This document shows positions 14,016 to 22,052 of a DNA stretch of 24,000 nt, piece by piece. The stretch comes from an uncultured Lysobacter sp. (GTDB lineage Bacteria > Pseudomonadota > Gammaproteobacteria > Xanthomonadales > Xanthomonadaceae). A model generated the notes under the pieces. That model had not been told where the DNA came from. It saw only the letters and a list, made by a program, of their open reading frames with translations, and did no database searches. The DNA lies in NCBI GenBank assembly GCA_964350895.1, contig CAYGMG010000023.1, positions 7,316-31,315 of the forward strand. Reading direction: 5' to 3'. The position numbers and the translations under genes are program-made. Each line of letters starts with the position of its first letter. The stretch's first letter is position 1.

Positions 14016-14906
14016 TCAGGCCGGCTGACCGGCCTCGCGCGGGCGCGGCTTGGGCGGCTCGCCACGGGCTACCGGGCGCGAGGGATCGCTGGACCACTCG
14101 CTCCACGAGCCGGCATACACCCGCGAGCCCTTGAGCCCGGCGTGTTCCATCGCCAGCAGGTTGTGGCAGGCAGTCACGCCCGAGCCACACATGTGGATGA
14201 TCTCGGCCGGCGAGGCTGCACCGATCAGAGAGCGGAACTCGGTAGCCAGCAGACCAGCCGGCTTGAAGCGGCCCGTGACGTCGAGGTTCTGCGCATAGTG
14301 GCGGTTGATCGCGCCCGGAATATGCCCGGCCACGGCGTCGATCGGCTCGACCTCGCCGCGATAGCGCTCCGGCGCGCGGGCGTCGATCAGCGGCGCTCCG
14401 CCGCCGACCGCGCCGCGGGCTGCGATCACCGCGATGGTCGCGACCTGCTTGACGTCATAGCGGCCGGTATAGCCGGCCGGCTTGGGACGCGGGATGCTCT
14501 TCTCCAGCGGCAGGCCCTGGCCAGCCCAGGCGGCGAACCCGCCGTCGAGCACGGCCACCTTTTCGTGACCGAGCAGGCGCAGCAGCCACCACAGCCGCGA
14601 TGCGTAGGCACCATCGGCCGAGTCGTAGACCACGACCTGGGTGCTACGCGAGATGCCCCAGCGGCCGAGGCGGGCGCACAGCGCATCGGCCTCGGGCAAC
14701 GGGTGCCGGCCGCGGCCGGTGCGCGCCAGGTCCGACAGGTCGCGGTCGAGATGGGCGAACACTGCACCGGGCAGGTGGCTGGCCAGATAGGCGCGCTCAC
14801 CGGCCTGCGGATCGCGCAGGTCATGGCGGCAGTCGACGATCACAGTCGGCTGCTTGCCGAGCACTGCGGCCAGTTCGTCACAGGAAACCAGGGTCTTTGC
14901 GTGCAT
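14016..14906 (-). CDS. sseA: 3-mercaptopyruvate / thiosulfate sulfurtransferase (tandem rhodanese domains)
   Basis: 296 aa with two rhodanese domains. The active-site loop CGSGVTAC is of the CG(S/T)GVT type associated with mercaptopyruvate sulfurtransferases. Confidence 0.85.
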   Translation of the reverse strand: MHAKTLVSCDELAAVLGKQPTVIVDCRHDLRDPQAGERAYLASHLPGAVFAHLDRDLSDLARTGRGRHPLPEADALCARLGRWGISRSTQVVVYDSADGAYASRLWWLLRLLGHEKVAVLDGGFAAWAGQGLPLEKSIPRPKPAGYTGRYDVKQVATIAVIAARGAVGGGAPLIDARAPERYRGEVEPIDAVAGHIPGAINRHYAQNLDVTGRFKPAGLLATEFRSLIGAASPAEIIHMCGSGVTACHNLLAMEHAGLKGSRVYAGSWSEWSSDPSRPVARGEPPKPRPREAGQPA

Positions 14907-14910
14907 GCAA

Positions 14911-15516
14911 TCAGGACTCTATGTCGAAGAACCGGCGCAGGTTCAGGATCATGGCTGCGGTCGCACCCCAGATACGGTGGCGATCGAAGTGAATCTGCCA
15001 ATAGTGCCGCATGCGGCCGCGGAATTCAGCGCCGACCTGCTCACTGTTCGCAGGATCCAGCAAATAAGCGACCGGCACCTCAAAGGCCTCGGCGACTTCC
15101 TCGGCCTGCAGGCGGAGCCGGTAATCGGGCCGCAAACGCGCTACCAGCGGCGTTATCCGGAAGCCGGTGATGGTGGCATACGGGTCGAGAAAGCCCAGCG
15201 GCTCGATCAGGGCCGGCGGGATGCCAACCTCCTCATGGGTCTCGCGCAGGGCTGCGGCACTCAGGTCGATGTCAGCCGGATCCAGGCGGCCTCCGGGAAA
15301 GGCAATCTGCCCGGCATGCTGGCGCATCGAGTCGTTGCGCCGGGTCAGCAGCAGATGATCGCCCGAGGGACGCTCGACCAGACCGACCAGGACTGCGGCC
15401 TCGGCCAGTTGCGAGGGCAACAGGTCGGATAGCTCGTCGACATTCCAAGGGTCGCCAGCGGGGGGCGCGCGGAGGGGATGCAGCTGTTCGCAGCGCAGGC
15501 GTGGGGGCGGCTTCAC
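14911..15516 (-). CDS. nudL: CoA pyrophosphatase (Nudix hydrolase)
   Basis: 201 aa. The Nudix box is GGRLDPADIDLSAAALRETHEEVGI. It is preceded by the CoA-pyrophosphatase-type motif LLTRRNDSMRQHAGQIAFPGG. Confidence 0.85.
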   Translation of the reverse strand: MKPPPRLRCEQLHPLRAPPAGDPWNVDELSDLLPSQLAEAAVLVGLVERPSGDHLLLTRRNDSMRQHAGQIAFPGGRLDPADIDLSAAALRETHEEVGIPPALIEPLGFLDPYATITGFRITPLVARLRPDYRLRLQAEEVAEAFEVPVAYLLDPANSEQVGAEFRGRMRHYWQIHFDRHRIWGATAAMILNLRRFFDIES

Positions 15517-15758
15517 CCCGCGCGCGCCGCTTCACGCTGCGGCAGCACCTGCTCCATCAAACGGGCCCGCTCGCTATCCGGCAGCCTCGACCAGGCGGCG
15601 ATCTCCGCCGCGCTGCGAAAACATCCGCCGCACAGGCCATCGTCTTCCAGCGTGCAGACGCCGATGCATGGCGTGAGAACAGCCGCCGGAGCGGGTTGGG
15701 ACCAGTTGAGCACAGCTACCTCATCGGCCGGGCGACGGCCTGCGCCGCCCGGCCACAC
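15513..15758 (-). CDS. DUF1289 family small Cys-rich protein; start may be further downstream
   Basis: 81 aa with the DUF1289-like core PCIGVCTLEDDGLCGGCFRSAAEIAAWS. Its stop overlaps the nudL start by 4 nt. Confidence 0.7.
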   Translation of the reverse strand: MWPGGAGRRPADEVAVLNWSQPAPAAVLTPCIGVCTLEDDGLCGGCFRSAAEIAAWSRLPDSERARLMEQVLPQREAARAG

Positions 15759-15760
15759 AC

Positions 15761-16441
15761 TTACTTGACTTCGACCAGCTTGACGTCGAACACCACGGCC
15801 TGGTTCGGACCGACCGGCGAACGCGGCGAGTTGCCATAAGCCTGGTCGGCTGGAAGGAAGATTTCCCAGCGCGAGCCCTGCTTCATCAGCGGCAGCACGT
15901 CACGCAGGCCGGGGATCGGGTTCTCGGCGACCTTCATCGATACCGGCTGGTTGCCGGTGTAGGTGCTGGCGAACTCCTGACCGGTGTGCAGGGAGCCACG
16001 GAAGTGGATCTGCACGTCGCTGCTGGTCGCAGGGCGGGCGCCAGAGCCTTCCTCGATCACCCGGTACTGGATGCCCGACGGCAGGGTCACAACGCCAGCC
16101 TTGCTGCGGTTCTGGGCCAGGAACTGGTCGCTCTTGGTCTTGTTCTCGCCGGAGACGCGCATGAACTCCTTCTCCGCCTGCTCGACCATCTTCTGCTGCA
16201 TGGCCTGCAGGGCAGCCCGCATGTCTGCCTCGGACACCGCAGGATCGCGCTTGGCACTGCCGTCCTGAATCGCACGAATCACTGTCGCAATGTCGACATC
16301 CATCTGCTTGTCGTTGAAATCGCGGCCGATCTCATAGCCAATGGCGTAGCTCAGCTTGCCCTTGTCCGAGGTGGTGTCCTGAGCGACGGCCACGCTCATC
16401 GTCGTGGCTGCGAGCATCGCAACCGTCCAGCGCAACTTCAT
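15761..16441 (-). CDS. fkpA: Periplasmic FKBP-type peptidyl-prolyl cis-trans isomerase (FkpA/Mip-like)
   Basis: I trimmed the 275-aa track ORF to the internal ATG at 16441. That start gives a signal peptide (MKLRWTVAMLAATTMSVAVA) and is preceded by AGGAG. The N-terminal domain is helical. The C-terminal FKBP domain includes VIEEGSGARPATSSDVQIHFRGSL, GLRDVLPLMKQGSRWEIFLPADQAYG and VVFDVKLVEV. Confidence 0.85.
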   Translation of the reverse strand: MKLRWTVAMLAATTMSVAVAQDTTSDKGKLSYAIGYEIGRDFNDKQMDVDIATVIRAIQDGSAKRDPAVSEADMRAALQAMQQKMVEQAEKEFMRVSGENKTKSDQFLAQNRSKAGVVTLPSGIQYRVIEEGSGARPATSSDVQIHFRGSLHTGQEFASTYTGNQPVSMKVAENPIPGLRDVLPLMKQGSRWEIFLPADQAYGNSPRSPVGPNQAVVFDVKLVEVK

Positions 16442-16614
16442 TCGATTCTCCTGAGGTGGTACCCACGCCTCGCCGGAAGCGGCGAAAAGGGCGCGACAGC
16501 ATACCTGCTGACCGCCGGGTTCACCACTTCGGCAAGGCTCGCTTGGACAGCGCCATCCACGCCGAGTTCCCGAGGCCAGCCGGTACAATCGCGGTTTTGC
16601 TTCAGGAGCCTGCC

Positions 16615-17397
16615 GTGAGCTTTGCCAACCTGCTGATCGAGGACCGCGAGGCGGTACGCCGAATCACCATCAACCGCCCGGACAAGCTGAACGCCCTGAA
16701 CCGCGCCACCATCGGCGAGCTGCACGAGGCATTTGCCGCGGCCGCAAGCGACCCGGCGGTGCGCGTGGTGGTGCTGGCCGGCGCCGGGGGCAAGGCCTTC
16801 GTCGCCGGTGCCGACATCTCCGAGCTCGCCAGCCAGACCCCGATTGAGGCCCGCGACACCTCACGCTTCGGCCAGCAGCTGATGAGCCGGGTCGAGGCGC
16901 TGGGCAAGCCGGTCATCGCCGAGATCGGCGGCTTCTGCCTGGGCGGCGGCATGGAGCTGGCAATGGGCTGCCACCTGCGAATCGCCAGTGAGAAGGCCAA
17001 GTTTGGCCAGCCCGAAGTCAATCTCGGCCTGATCCCGGGCTTTGGCGGCACCCAGCGCCTGCTGCGGCTCGCCGGACGAAACGCCGCGCTGGAGCTGTGC
17101 CTGACCGGCCAGCAGATCAGCGCCGAGCGCGCCTTCCAGCTCGGCATCGTCAGCCGGGTCGTGGCGGTCGACGCACTGGAAACCGAGACCATGGCCCTTG
17201 CCAACCAGCTTGCCGCCCTTGCCCCGCAAGCGCTGCGTGGGGTGCTCGACGCGGTGGTGCTGGGCGGCGAAGCAGCCCTGCCGATTGGCCTGGAGTTCGA
17301 AACCCAGGCCTTTGCCGTGGCCTTCTCCACCGAGGACATGCGTGAGGGCACCAGCGCCTTCCTTGAGCGACGCAAGCCGGAATTCCGCGGCCGCTAG
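16615..17397 (+). CDS. Enoyl-CoA hydratase (crotonase)
   Basis: I trimmed the track ORF to the GTG at 16615, which has AGGAG at 16604-16608. The resulting 260-aa protein starts VSFANLLIEDREAVRRITINRPDKLNALN. It has the FVAGADI and GGGMELAMGCHLRIA oxyanion-hole and catalytic regions and a C-terminal EGTSAFLERRKPEF. Confidence 0.9.
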   Translation: MSFANLLIEDREAVRRITINRPDKLNALNRATIGELHEAFAAAASDPAVRVVVLAGAGGKAFVAGADISELASQTPIEARDTSRFGQQLMSRVEALGKPVIAEIGGFCLGGGMELAMGCHLRIASEKAKFGQPEVNLGLIPGFGGTQRLLRLAGRNAALELCLTGQQISAERAFQLGIVSRVVAVDALETETMALANQLAALAPQALRGVLDAVVLGGEAALPIGLEFETQAFAVAFSTEDMREGTSAFLERRKPEFRGR

Positions 17398-17401
17398 CGC
17401 C

Positions 17402-17551
17402 CTGAGCCGGAAGTACGTTGCCGAGATAGCGACGCGGATGCGTCGTCTAGGCAAGGCGCGATAAAGAGGCATAGCAGCGCTATGGTGACGACGAGGAACG
17501 CAGCATCGGCGGCGCAGACCGAGCGAGTTCTGCGATGTACTTCCGGGACAG
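17402..17551 (+). promoter_or_regulatory. Long-range imperfect inverted repeat in the rnfC leader; the right arm covers the rnfC ATG
   Basis: Left arm 17402-17430 pairs with right arm 17523-17551. That gives 24 of 29 positions paired as RNA (3 are G-U), including a perfect 10-bp core, CCGGAAGTAC (17407-17416) with GTACTTCCGG (17537-17546). Two small perfect hairpins sit inside the loop: GACGC-ggat-GCGTC at 17431-17444 and CATAGC-agc-GCTATG at 17470-17484. Confidence 0.4.
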
Positions 17552-19019
17552 GACACTAGTGCCCACCGGTAGCTTCCACGGCGGACTGGCCCTGGCCGGG
17601 CGCAAGGATGCCGCGAGCCAGCCAATCCGCGCCTGCCCGCTGCCCGCCGAGCTGCGCATCGCCCTGCGCCAGCACCCTGGCCCGGCCGCGCAGCCGCTGG
17701 TGCAGGCAGGGGAGCAGCTGGCTGCGGGCCAGCGCATCGCCCTCGCCCACGGCGCGCAATCGGCTGATCTGCATGCGCCCTGCGCGGCCGAGGTCTTGGA
17801 GGTGCTGCACGGCGACGACGGCTGGATCCGCTTGCGCCCCGACCCGAATGGCCGCGCCGCGCAGTGGATGGCGCCGCTGGACGCCGACGCTGCGACGCCG
17901 GAGGCGCTGCGCGAACGGATCCGTGCGGCCGGCATCGTCGGGCTTGGCGGTGCTGCCTTCCCCACCGCCGACAAGCTGGCCGTGGCCCGTGACGCGCTGA
18001 TCCTCAACGGCGCCGAGTGCGAGCCGCTGATCGCCTGCGACAACCGGCTGCTGCAGGAGCGCGCCCACGCGGTGATCCGCGGCGGCGACCTGCTGCGCCG
18101 GGCCTGTGGCGCGGCCAGCCTCAGGATCGCCATCGAGTCGAGCATGAGCGATGCGCAGGCGGCCCTGCTCGCGGCAGGCGAGGGCGCTCCGGCCTTCCAG
18201 CTCGACGTGCTGCCGGCGCGCTATCCGCAAGGTGGCGAGCGCCAGCTGATCGAAGCCGTACTCGGCATCGAGGTCCCGCGCGGCGGCCTGCCGCGGGATC
18301 TGGGCGTCGCCGTATTCAACGTCGGCACCGCCGAGGCGGTGTGGCGCGCGGTTGGCCAGGGTCGCCCACTGACCCACCGGCTGGTCAGTCTGGCCGGCGG
18401 CGGCCTCAACCAAGCCGTGGTTCTGGAGGCGGCCCTGGGCACGCCGATCGCCGATCTGGTCGCCGCGGCCGGGGGCTATCGAGACAATGCCGCGCGGCTG
18501 ATTCTCGGCGGCCCGCTCACCGGGCGCGCCCTGGCCGACGACAGCCACGGCCTTGGCAAGGGCGACAACGCCATCGTCGTGCTGTCGGGCGACGAGCTGC
18601 CGGCGCCGCAGCCGAGCCTGCCGTGCATCCGCTGCGGAGCCTGCGCCAGCGCCTGCCCGGCTCGCCTGCAGCCGCAGCTGCTCTGGCAGTTCCGGCTTGC
18701 CGGACAGCCAAAGCGTCTGGCCGAGCATGGCCTGTTCGACTGCATCGAATGCGCCGCCTGCGACCTGGTCTGCCCAAGCCACATCCCGCTGACCGCCGGC
18801 TTTCGCGCCAGCAAGCAGGCGCAACGCTTGACCGCCGTCGCCCGCGAAGCTGCCGACGCGGCGCGTGAGCGCTTTGAGCTACGCCGGCAGCGATTGGACC
18901 AGCTGGCCGCCGAGCAGGCCACCGCGCAGGCCGAGGCGCAGCGCCGCCTGCTGGCCGGTGACGCGGTCAAGGCGGCGATGGCCCGCGCCCGCCAGAAAGT
19001 CGGCAAGCCTTCCTCATGA
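17535..19019 (+). CDS. rnfC: Rnf/Rsx electron transport complex subunit C
   Basis: 494 aa. FHGG lies near the N-terminus, as in E. coli RsxC (FNGGIHPP). The NADH/FMN region is GIVGLGGAAFPTADKL and NGAECEPLIACDNRLL. Two 4Fe-4S motifs are CIRCGACASACP and CIECAACDLVCP. A GTG at 17559 is an alternative start. Confidence 0.92.
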   Translation: MYFRDRTLVPTGSFHGGLALAGRKDAASQPIRACPLPAELRIALRQHPGPAAQPLVQAGEQLAAGQRIALAHGAQSADLHAPCAAEVLEVLHGDDGWIRLRPDPNGRAAQWMAPLDADAATPEALRERIRAAGIVGLGGAAFPTADKLAVARDALILNGAECEPLIACDNRLLQERAHAVIRGGDLLRRACGAASLRIAIESSMSDAQAALLAAGEGAPAFQLDVLPARYPQGGERQLIEAVLGIEVPRGGLPRDLGVAVFNVGTAEAVWRAVGQGRPLTHRLVSLAGGGLNQAVVLEAALGTPIADLVAAAGGYRDNAARLILGGPLTGRALADDSHGLGKGDNAIVVLSGDELPAPQPSLPCIRCGACASACPARLQPQLLWQFRLAGQPKRLAEHGLFDCIECAACDLVCPSHIPLTAGFRASKQAQRLTAVAREAADAARERFELRRQRLDQLAAEQATAQAEAQRRLLAGDAVKAAMARARQKVGKPSS

Positions 19020-20026
19020 ACCGCCGCTTCGAAACCGGGCCGACCCCTGCCCTGCCCGCGCAGACCAGCGTGCGTGCGGTGATGGGATGGGTCCTGCTCG
19101 CCCTGCTGCCGGCGGCCATCGTCCATCACTTGTGGTTTGGTTGGGGAATCTGGCTGCAGATCGCGCTGGCTGCCGGATCCGCCTGGCTGATCGAGGCCGC
19201 CATCCTGCGCATCCGCCGGCTTCCTGCCCGGGCCTTCCTTGGCGATCTCAGTGCGCCGCTCACCGGTGCGCTATTCGCTTTCTGCCTGCCGCCGGATGCG
19301 CCCTGGTGGATCGCGCCTCTGGGCATGCTGGCGGCCATCGGTCTTGCCAAGCACGCCTATGGCGGGCTCGGCGGCAACCTGTTCAATCCGGCGATGGTCG
19401 GATACGCGGTGGTGCTGGTCTGTTTTCCCGCTGAGATGGCGCGCTGGCCGCTGCCCGGCTCGCTGGATCTATCAACGACTCTGGAACGGGTGTTCGGGCT
19501 GGCACCGGGCATCGACGCGCTGGCCCGCGCCACGCCGCTGGACTTCGCGCGCAGCGAGCTGCTCAACGGCAGCAGTCTGGGCGAACTGCGCGGCGAGCCG
19601 CCGTTCGCGGGCGTTCTGGCCCATCCCTCGCTGCCGCTGGCCCTGGCGTTTGCCGCTGGCGGAGCGCTGCTGATCTGGAAGCGGATCATCCGCTGGCAGC
19701 AGCCGACTTCCCTGCTGCTGGGCGTCATCGCAGTCACGCTACCGTTCTGGCTGTATGACGGCGACCGCTTTCTCGGCCCGCTGGAACAGCTAGTTCAGGG
19801 CGGCGTGGTGATGGCGGCGTTCTTCATCGTGACCGATCCGGTGAGCGGCTGCAGCACGCCCCGGGGACAGTGGTGGTTCGGCCTCGGCGTGGCCGGATTG
19901 ACCGTGCTGATCAGGCTGTTCGGCCACTACCCGGATGGCATCGCCTTCGCCGTGCTGATGATGAATGCAGCGGCGCCGTGGATCGACCTGCACTCGCGAC
20001 CGCGTATCCATGGAGAGCCGCGATGA
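19016..20026 (+). CDS. rnfD: Rnf/Rsx complex subunit D
   Basis: 336-aa membrane protein with NLFNPAMVGYAVVLVCFP, FFIVTDPVSGCSTPRG and GHYPDGIAFAVLMMNAAAPWIDLHSRPRIHG. These parallel my recollection of E. coli RsxD. The ATG overlaps the rnfC stop (ATGA). Confidence 0.93.
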   Translation: MNRRFETGPTPALPAQTSVRAVMGWVLLALLPAAIVHHLWFGWGIWLQIALAAGSAWLIEAAILRIRRLPARAFLGDLSAPLTGALFAFCLPPDAPWWIAPLGMLAAIGLAKHAYGGLGGNLFNPAMVGYAVVLVCFPAEMARWPLPGSLDLSTTLERVFGLAPGIDALARATPLDFARSELLNGSSLGELRGEPPFAGVLAHPSLPLALAFAAGGALLIWKRIIRWQQPTSLLLGVIAVTLPFWLYDGDRFLGPLEQLVQGGVVMAAFFIVTDPVSGCSTPRGQWWFGLGVAGLTVLIRLFGHYPDGIAFAVLMMNAAAPWIDLHSRPRIHGEPR

Positions 20027-20694
20027 ACCCGGGACAGCGGCAGGCGGTGAGCCTCGCCCTGCGACTGGCCGTCATTGGCCTGGCCGCGGCCCTGCTGCTC
20101 GAAGTGCTGCACAGATCCACCGCGCCGCATATCGAGGCCGCCCAGCGCGAACTCGAGCGCGATGCCCTGGCCCTGGCCCTGGCCGGCCAAGCCTTCGATA
20201 ACGCCCTGGAGCAGGACCGCATCCTGCTCGTCGCACCGCGCTGGCTGGGCAGCGCCGCTCCGCTCGCCGCGCATCGGGCGCGGCTTGGCGACGAGCATGC
20301 GGCCTGGGTGATCGAGGCCGTTGCCGCCGACGGCTACGGCGGCCCGATCCGCATGCTGATCGGCATCGCCGCTTCGGGCCAGCTGCTCGGCGTGCGCTTG
20401 ACCGAGCACCGCGAAACCCCGGGCCTTGGCGACTACGTGGACGCCCGGCGCAGCGACTGGCACGTCCAGCTCGCCGGCCGCAACCTGGCCGACGGAGACC
20501 TGCGCATCCGCCGCGATGGTGGCGATGTCAGCTATGTCGCGGGTGCTACGCTGAGCCCACGCGCGGTGCTCGCCGCGGCCGACAGGGCCTTGCAGCTGAT
20601 AGCGCGCCACGGCGAAGCGATAGGTGCAGCACCCGCCGGCAGCACACTGGAGTTCAGCGATGGACCAGAAGCTCTCGCCCGTCCGGCTCGCTGA
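20023..20694 (+). CDS. rnfG: Rnf/Rsx complex subunit G
   Basis: I trimmed the track ORF to the ATG at 20023, which overlaps the rnfD stop (ATGA). The protein is 223 aa with an N-terminal TM helix. It contains TEHRETPGLGD and GGDVSYVAGATLSPRAV (FMN-attachment region). Confidence 0.9.
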   Translation: MNPGQRQAVSLALRLAVIGLAAALLLEVLHRSTAPHIEAAQRELERDALALALAGQAFDNALEQDRILLVAPRWLGSAAPLAAHRARLGDEHAAWVIEAVAADGYGGPIRMLIGIAASGQLLGVRLTEHRETPGLGDYVDARRSDWHVQLAGRNLADGDLRIRRDGGDVSYVAGATLSPRAVLAAADRALQLIARHGEAIGAAPAGSTLEFSDGPEALARPAR

Positions 20695-21352
20695 GCAGGG
20701 CCTGTGGCGAAACAATGTCGGCCTGGTCCAGCTGCTTGGACTGTGCCCGCTGCTGGCGGTCAGTCACAACGCGGTCAACGCCCTGGCGCTCGGGCTGTCG
20801 ACCGTGCTCGCGCTGAGCGCCAGCGCGCTGGCGGTCTCCCTGCTGCGCCGGCAGCTGGCCCAGCCGATCCGCCTGCCCGGCTTCCTGCTGCTGATCGCCA
20901 GCGTGGTGACTGCCATCGAGCTGCTGATGCACGCCTTCCTGCCGGCCCTGCACGCGGTGCTTGGACTGTTCCTGCCGCTGATCGTCACCAACTGTGCGGT
21001 GCTGGCTCGTGCCGAATCCTTTGCCTCGCGGCAGTCGCCGCTGCCGGCCACTCTGGACGGGCTGTTCATGGGCTGCGGCTTCCTCGCCGTGCTGCTGGCG
21101 CTTGGCATGCTCCGCGAACTGCTCGGCCAGGGCAGCCTGTTCGCCGGCGCCGGCAGCCTGCTCGGCCTGCCCTGGCTGGAGCTGAGTCTGCCCGGATATA
21201 GCGGCCTGCTGCTGATGTCCCTGCCGCCGGGCGCCTTCATCACGCTCGCCCTGCTGGTCGCCTGCAAGCAATGGCGCGACGCCCGCGGCGCGAGCCAGGA
21301 CGCATTCCAGACCGAGGAGCCAGCAAGCCTTGAACGCCCAGCAACGCCATGA
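20660..21352 (+). CDS. rnfE: Rnf/Rsx complex subunit E
   Basis: I prefer the internal ATG at 20660, which gives MDQKLSPVRLAEQGLWRNNVGLVQLLGLCPLLAVS, a typical RnfE/NqrD-family N-terminus. The track start at 20624 is also possible. Polytopic membrane protein. Confidence 0.9.
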   Translation: MDQKLSPVRLAEQGLWRNNVGLVQLLGLCPLLAVSHNAVNALALGLSTVLALSASALAVSLLRRQLAQPIRLPGFLLLIASVVTAIELLMHAFLPALHAVLGLFLPLIVTNCAVLARAESFASRQSPLPATLDGLFMGCGFLAVLLALGMLRELLGQGSLFAGAGSLLGLPWLELSLPGYSGLLLMSLPPGAFITLALLVACKQWRDARGASQDAFQTEEPASLERPATP

Positions 21353-21968
21353 GTTCTTCGCCCGCCTGCGCGAGCTGAACCCGCAGCCGAAGACCGAGCT
21401 TGAATACCGCACTCCGTTCGAACTGCTGATCGCGGTGATGCTCTCGGCGCAGGCCACCGACGTCTCGGTGAACAAGGTCACCCGGCGCCTGTATCCGCTC
21501 GGCAACACACCCGAAGCGATCCTTGCGCTCGGTGAGGAGCGGGTCCGCGAGCTGATCAGCAGCATCGGCCTGTTCAACGCCAAGGCAAAGAACGTAATCG
21601 CCACCTGCGCAATCCTCATCGCCGAACACGATGGCGAGGTCCCGCAGGACCGTGAATCCCTCGAAGCCCTGCCCGGGGTCGGCCGCAAGACCGCCAATGT
21701 CGTTCTGAACACAGCGTTTGGCCAGCTGACCATGGCGGTCGACACGCACATCTTCCGGGTCGGCAACCGCACCGGACTTGCGCCGGGCAAAACCCCGCTG
21801 GCGGTCGAGAAAGCCTTGCTCAAGCGGGTGCCGGCCGAGTTCCTGCTCGACGCCCATCACTGGCTGATCCTGCATGGGCGTTACGTCTGCAAGGCACGCA
21901 AGCCGGACTGCCCGGGCTGCGTGGTCCGCGATCTGTGTCGGTTTCGTGGCAAGACGCCGACAGCCTGA
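21330..21968 (+). CDS. nth: Endonuclease III
   Basis: 212 aa. The TTG start sits at the position homologous to the E. coli Nth N-terminus (MNAQQRHEFFARLRELNP vs MNKAKRLEILTRLRENNP). GAGGAG lies 10 nt upstream. HhH motif LPGVGRKTANVVL; Fe-S motif CKARKPDCPGCVVRDLC. It overlaps the rnfE end by 23 nt. Confidence 0.96.
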   Translation: MNAQQRHEFFARLRELNPQPKTELEYRTPFELLIAVMLSAQATDVSVNKVTRRLYPLGNTPEAILALGEERVRELISSIGLFNAKAKNVIATCAILIAEHDGEVPQDRESLEALPGVGRKTANVVLNTAFGQLTMAVDTHIFRVGNRTGLAPGKTPLAVEKALLKRVPAEFLLDAHHWLILHGRYVCKARKPDCPGCVVRDLCRFRGKTPTA

Positions 21969-21986
21969 GCCGGCCGATTCCGCACT

Positions 21987-22020
21987 TTGTAATAAGTCCG
22001 AAATATTTGCGTCATACACT
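21987..22020 (+). promoter_or_regulatory. Weak Pho-box-like phased heptamers upstream of the porin gene
   Basis: Heptamers TTGTAAT (21987), CCGAAAT (21998) and GCGTCAT (22009) lie at 11-bp spacing. They match CTGTCAT at 5/7, 4/7 and 5/7. A -10-like TACACT (22015-22020) follows. This is the most AT-rich stretch of the window. Confidence 0.25.
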
Positions 22021-22052
22021 GGCCATCTTTCCTTCACACAACGGACATCCCC

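Noticed and set aside
16456-16614. N-terminal extensions offered by the ORF track: crotonase from 16456, fkpA up to 16588, rnfG from 19870 and rnfE from 20624.
   Set aside because: The extended residues are Arg-rich and lack homology. Internal starts have Shine-Dalgarno sequences, signal peptides or ATGA coupling, and they reproduce the family-typical N-termini.
17482-17559. 25-codon upstream ORF (MVTTRNAASAAQTERVLRCTSGTGH) in the rnfC leader, overlapping the rnfC start in another frame.
   Set aside because: The nearest purine-rich stretch (AAAGAGG) is about 12 nt from the ATG. The peptide has no distinctive feature and there is no evidence of conservation. It is noted only as a possible component of the leader structure reported above.
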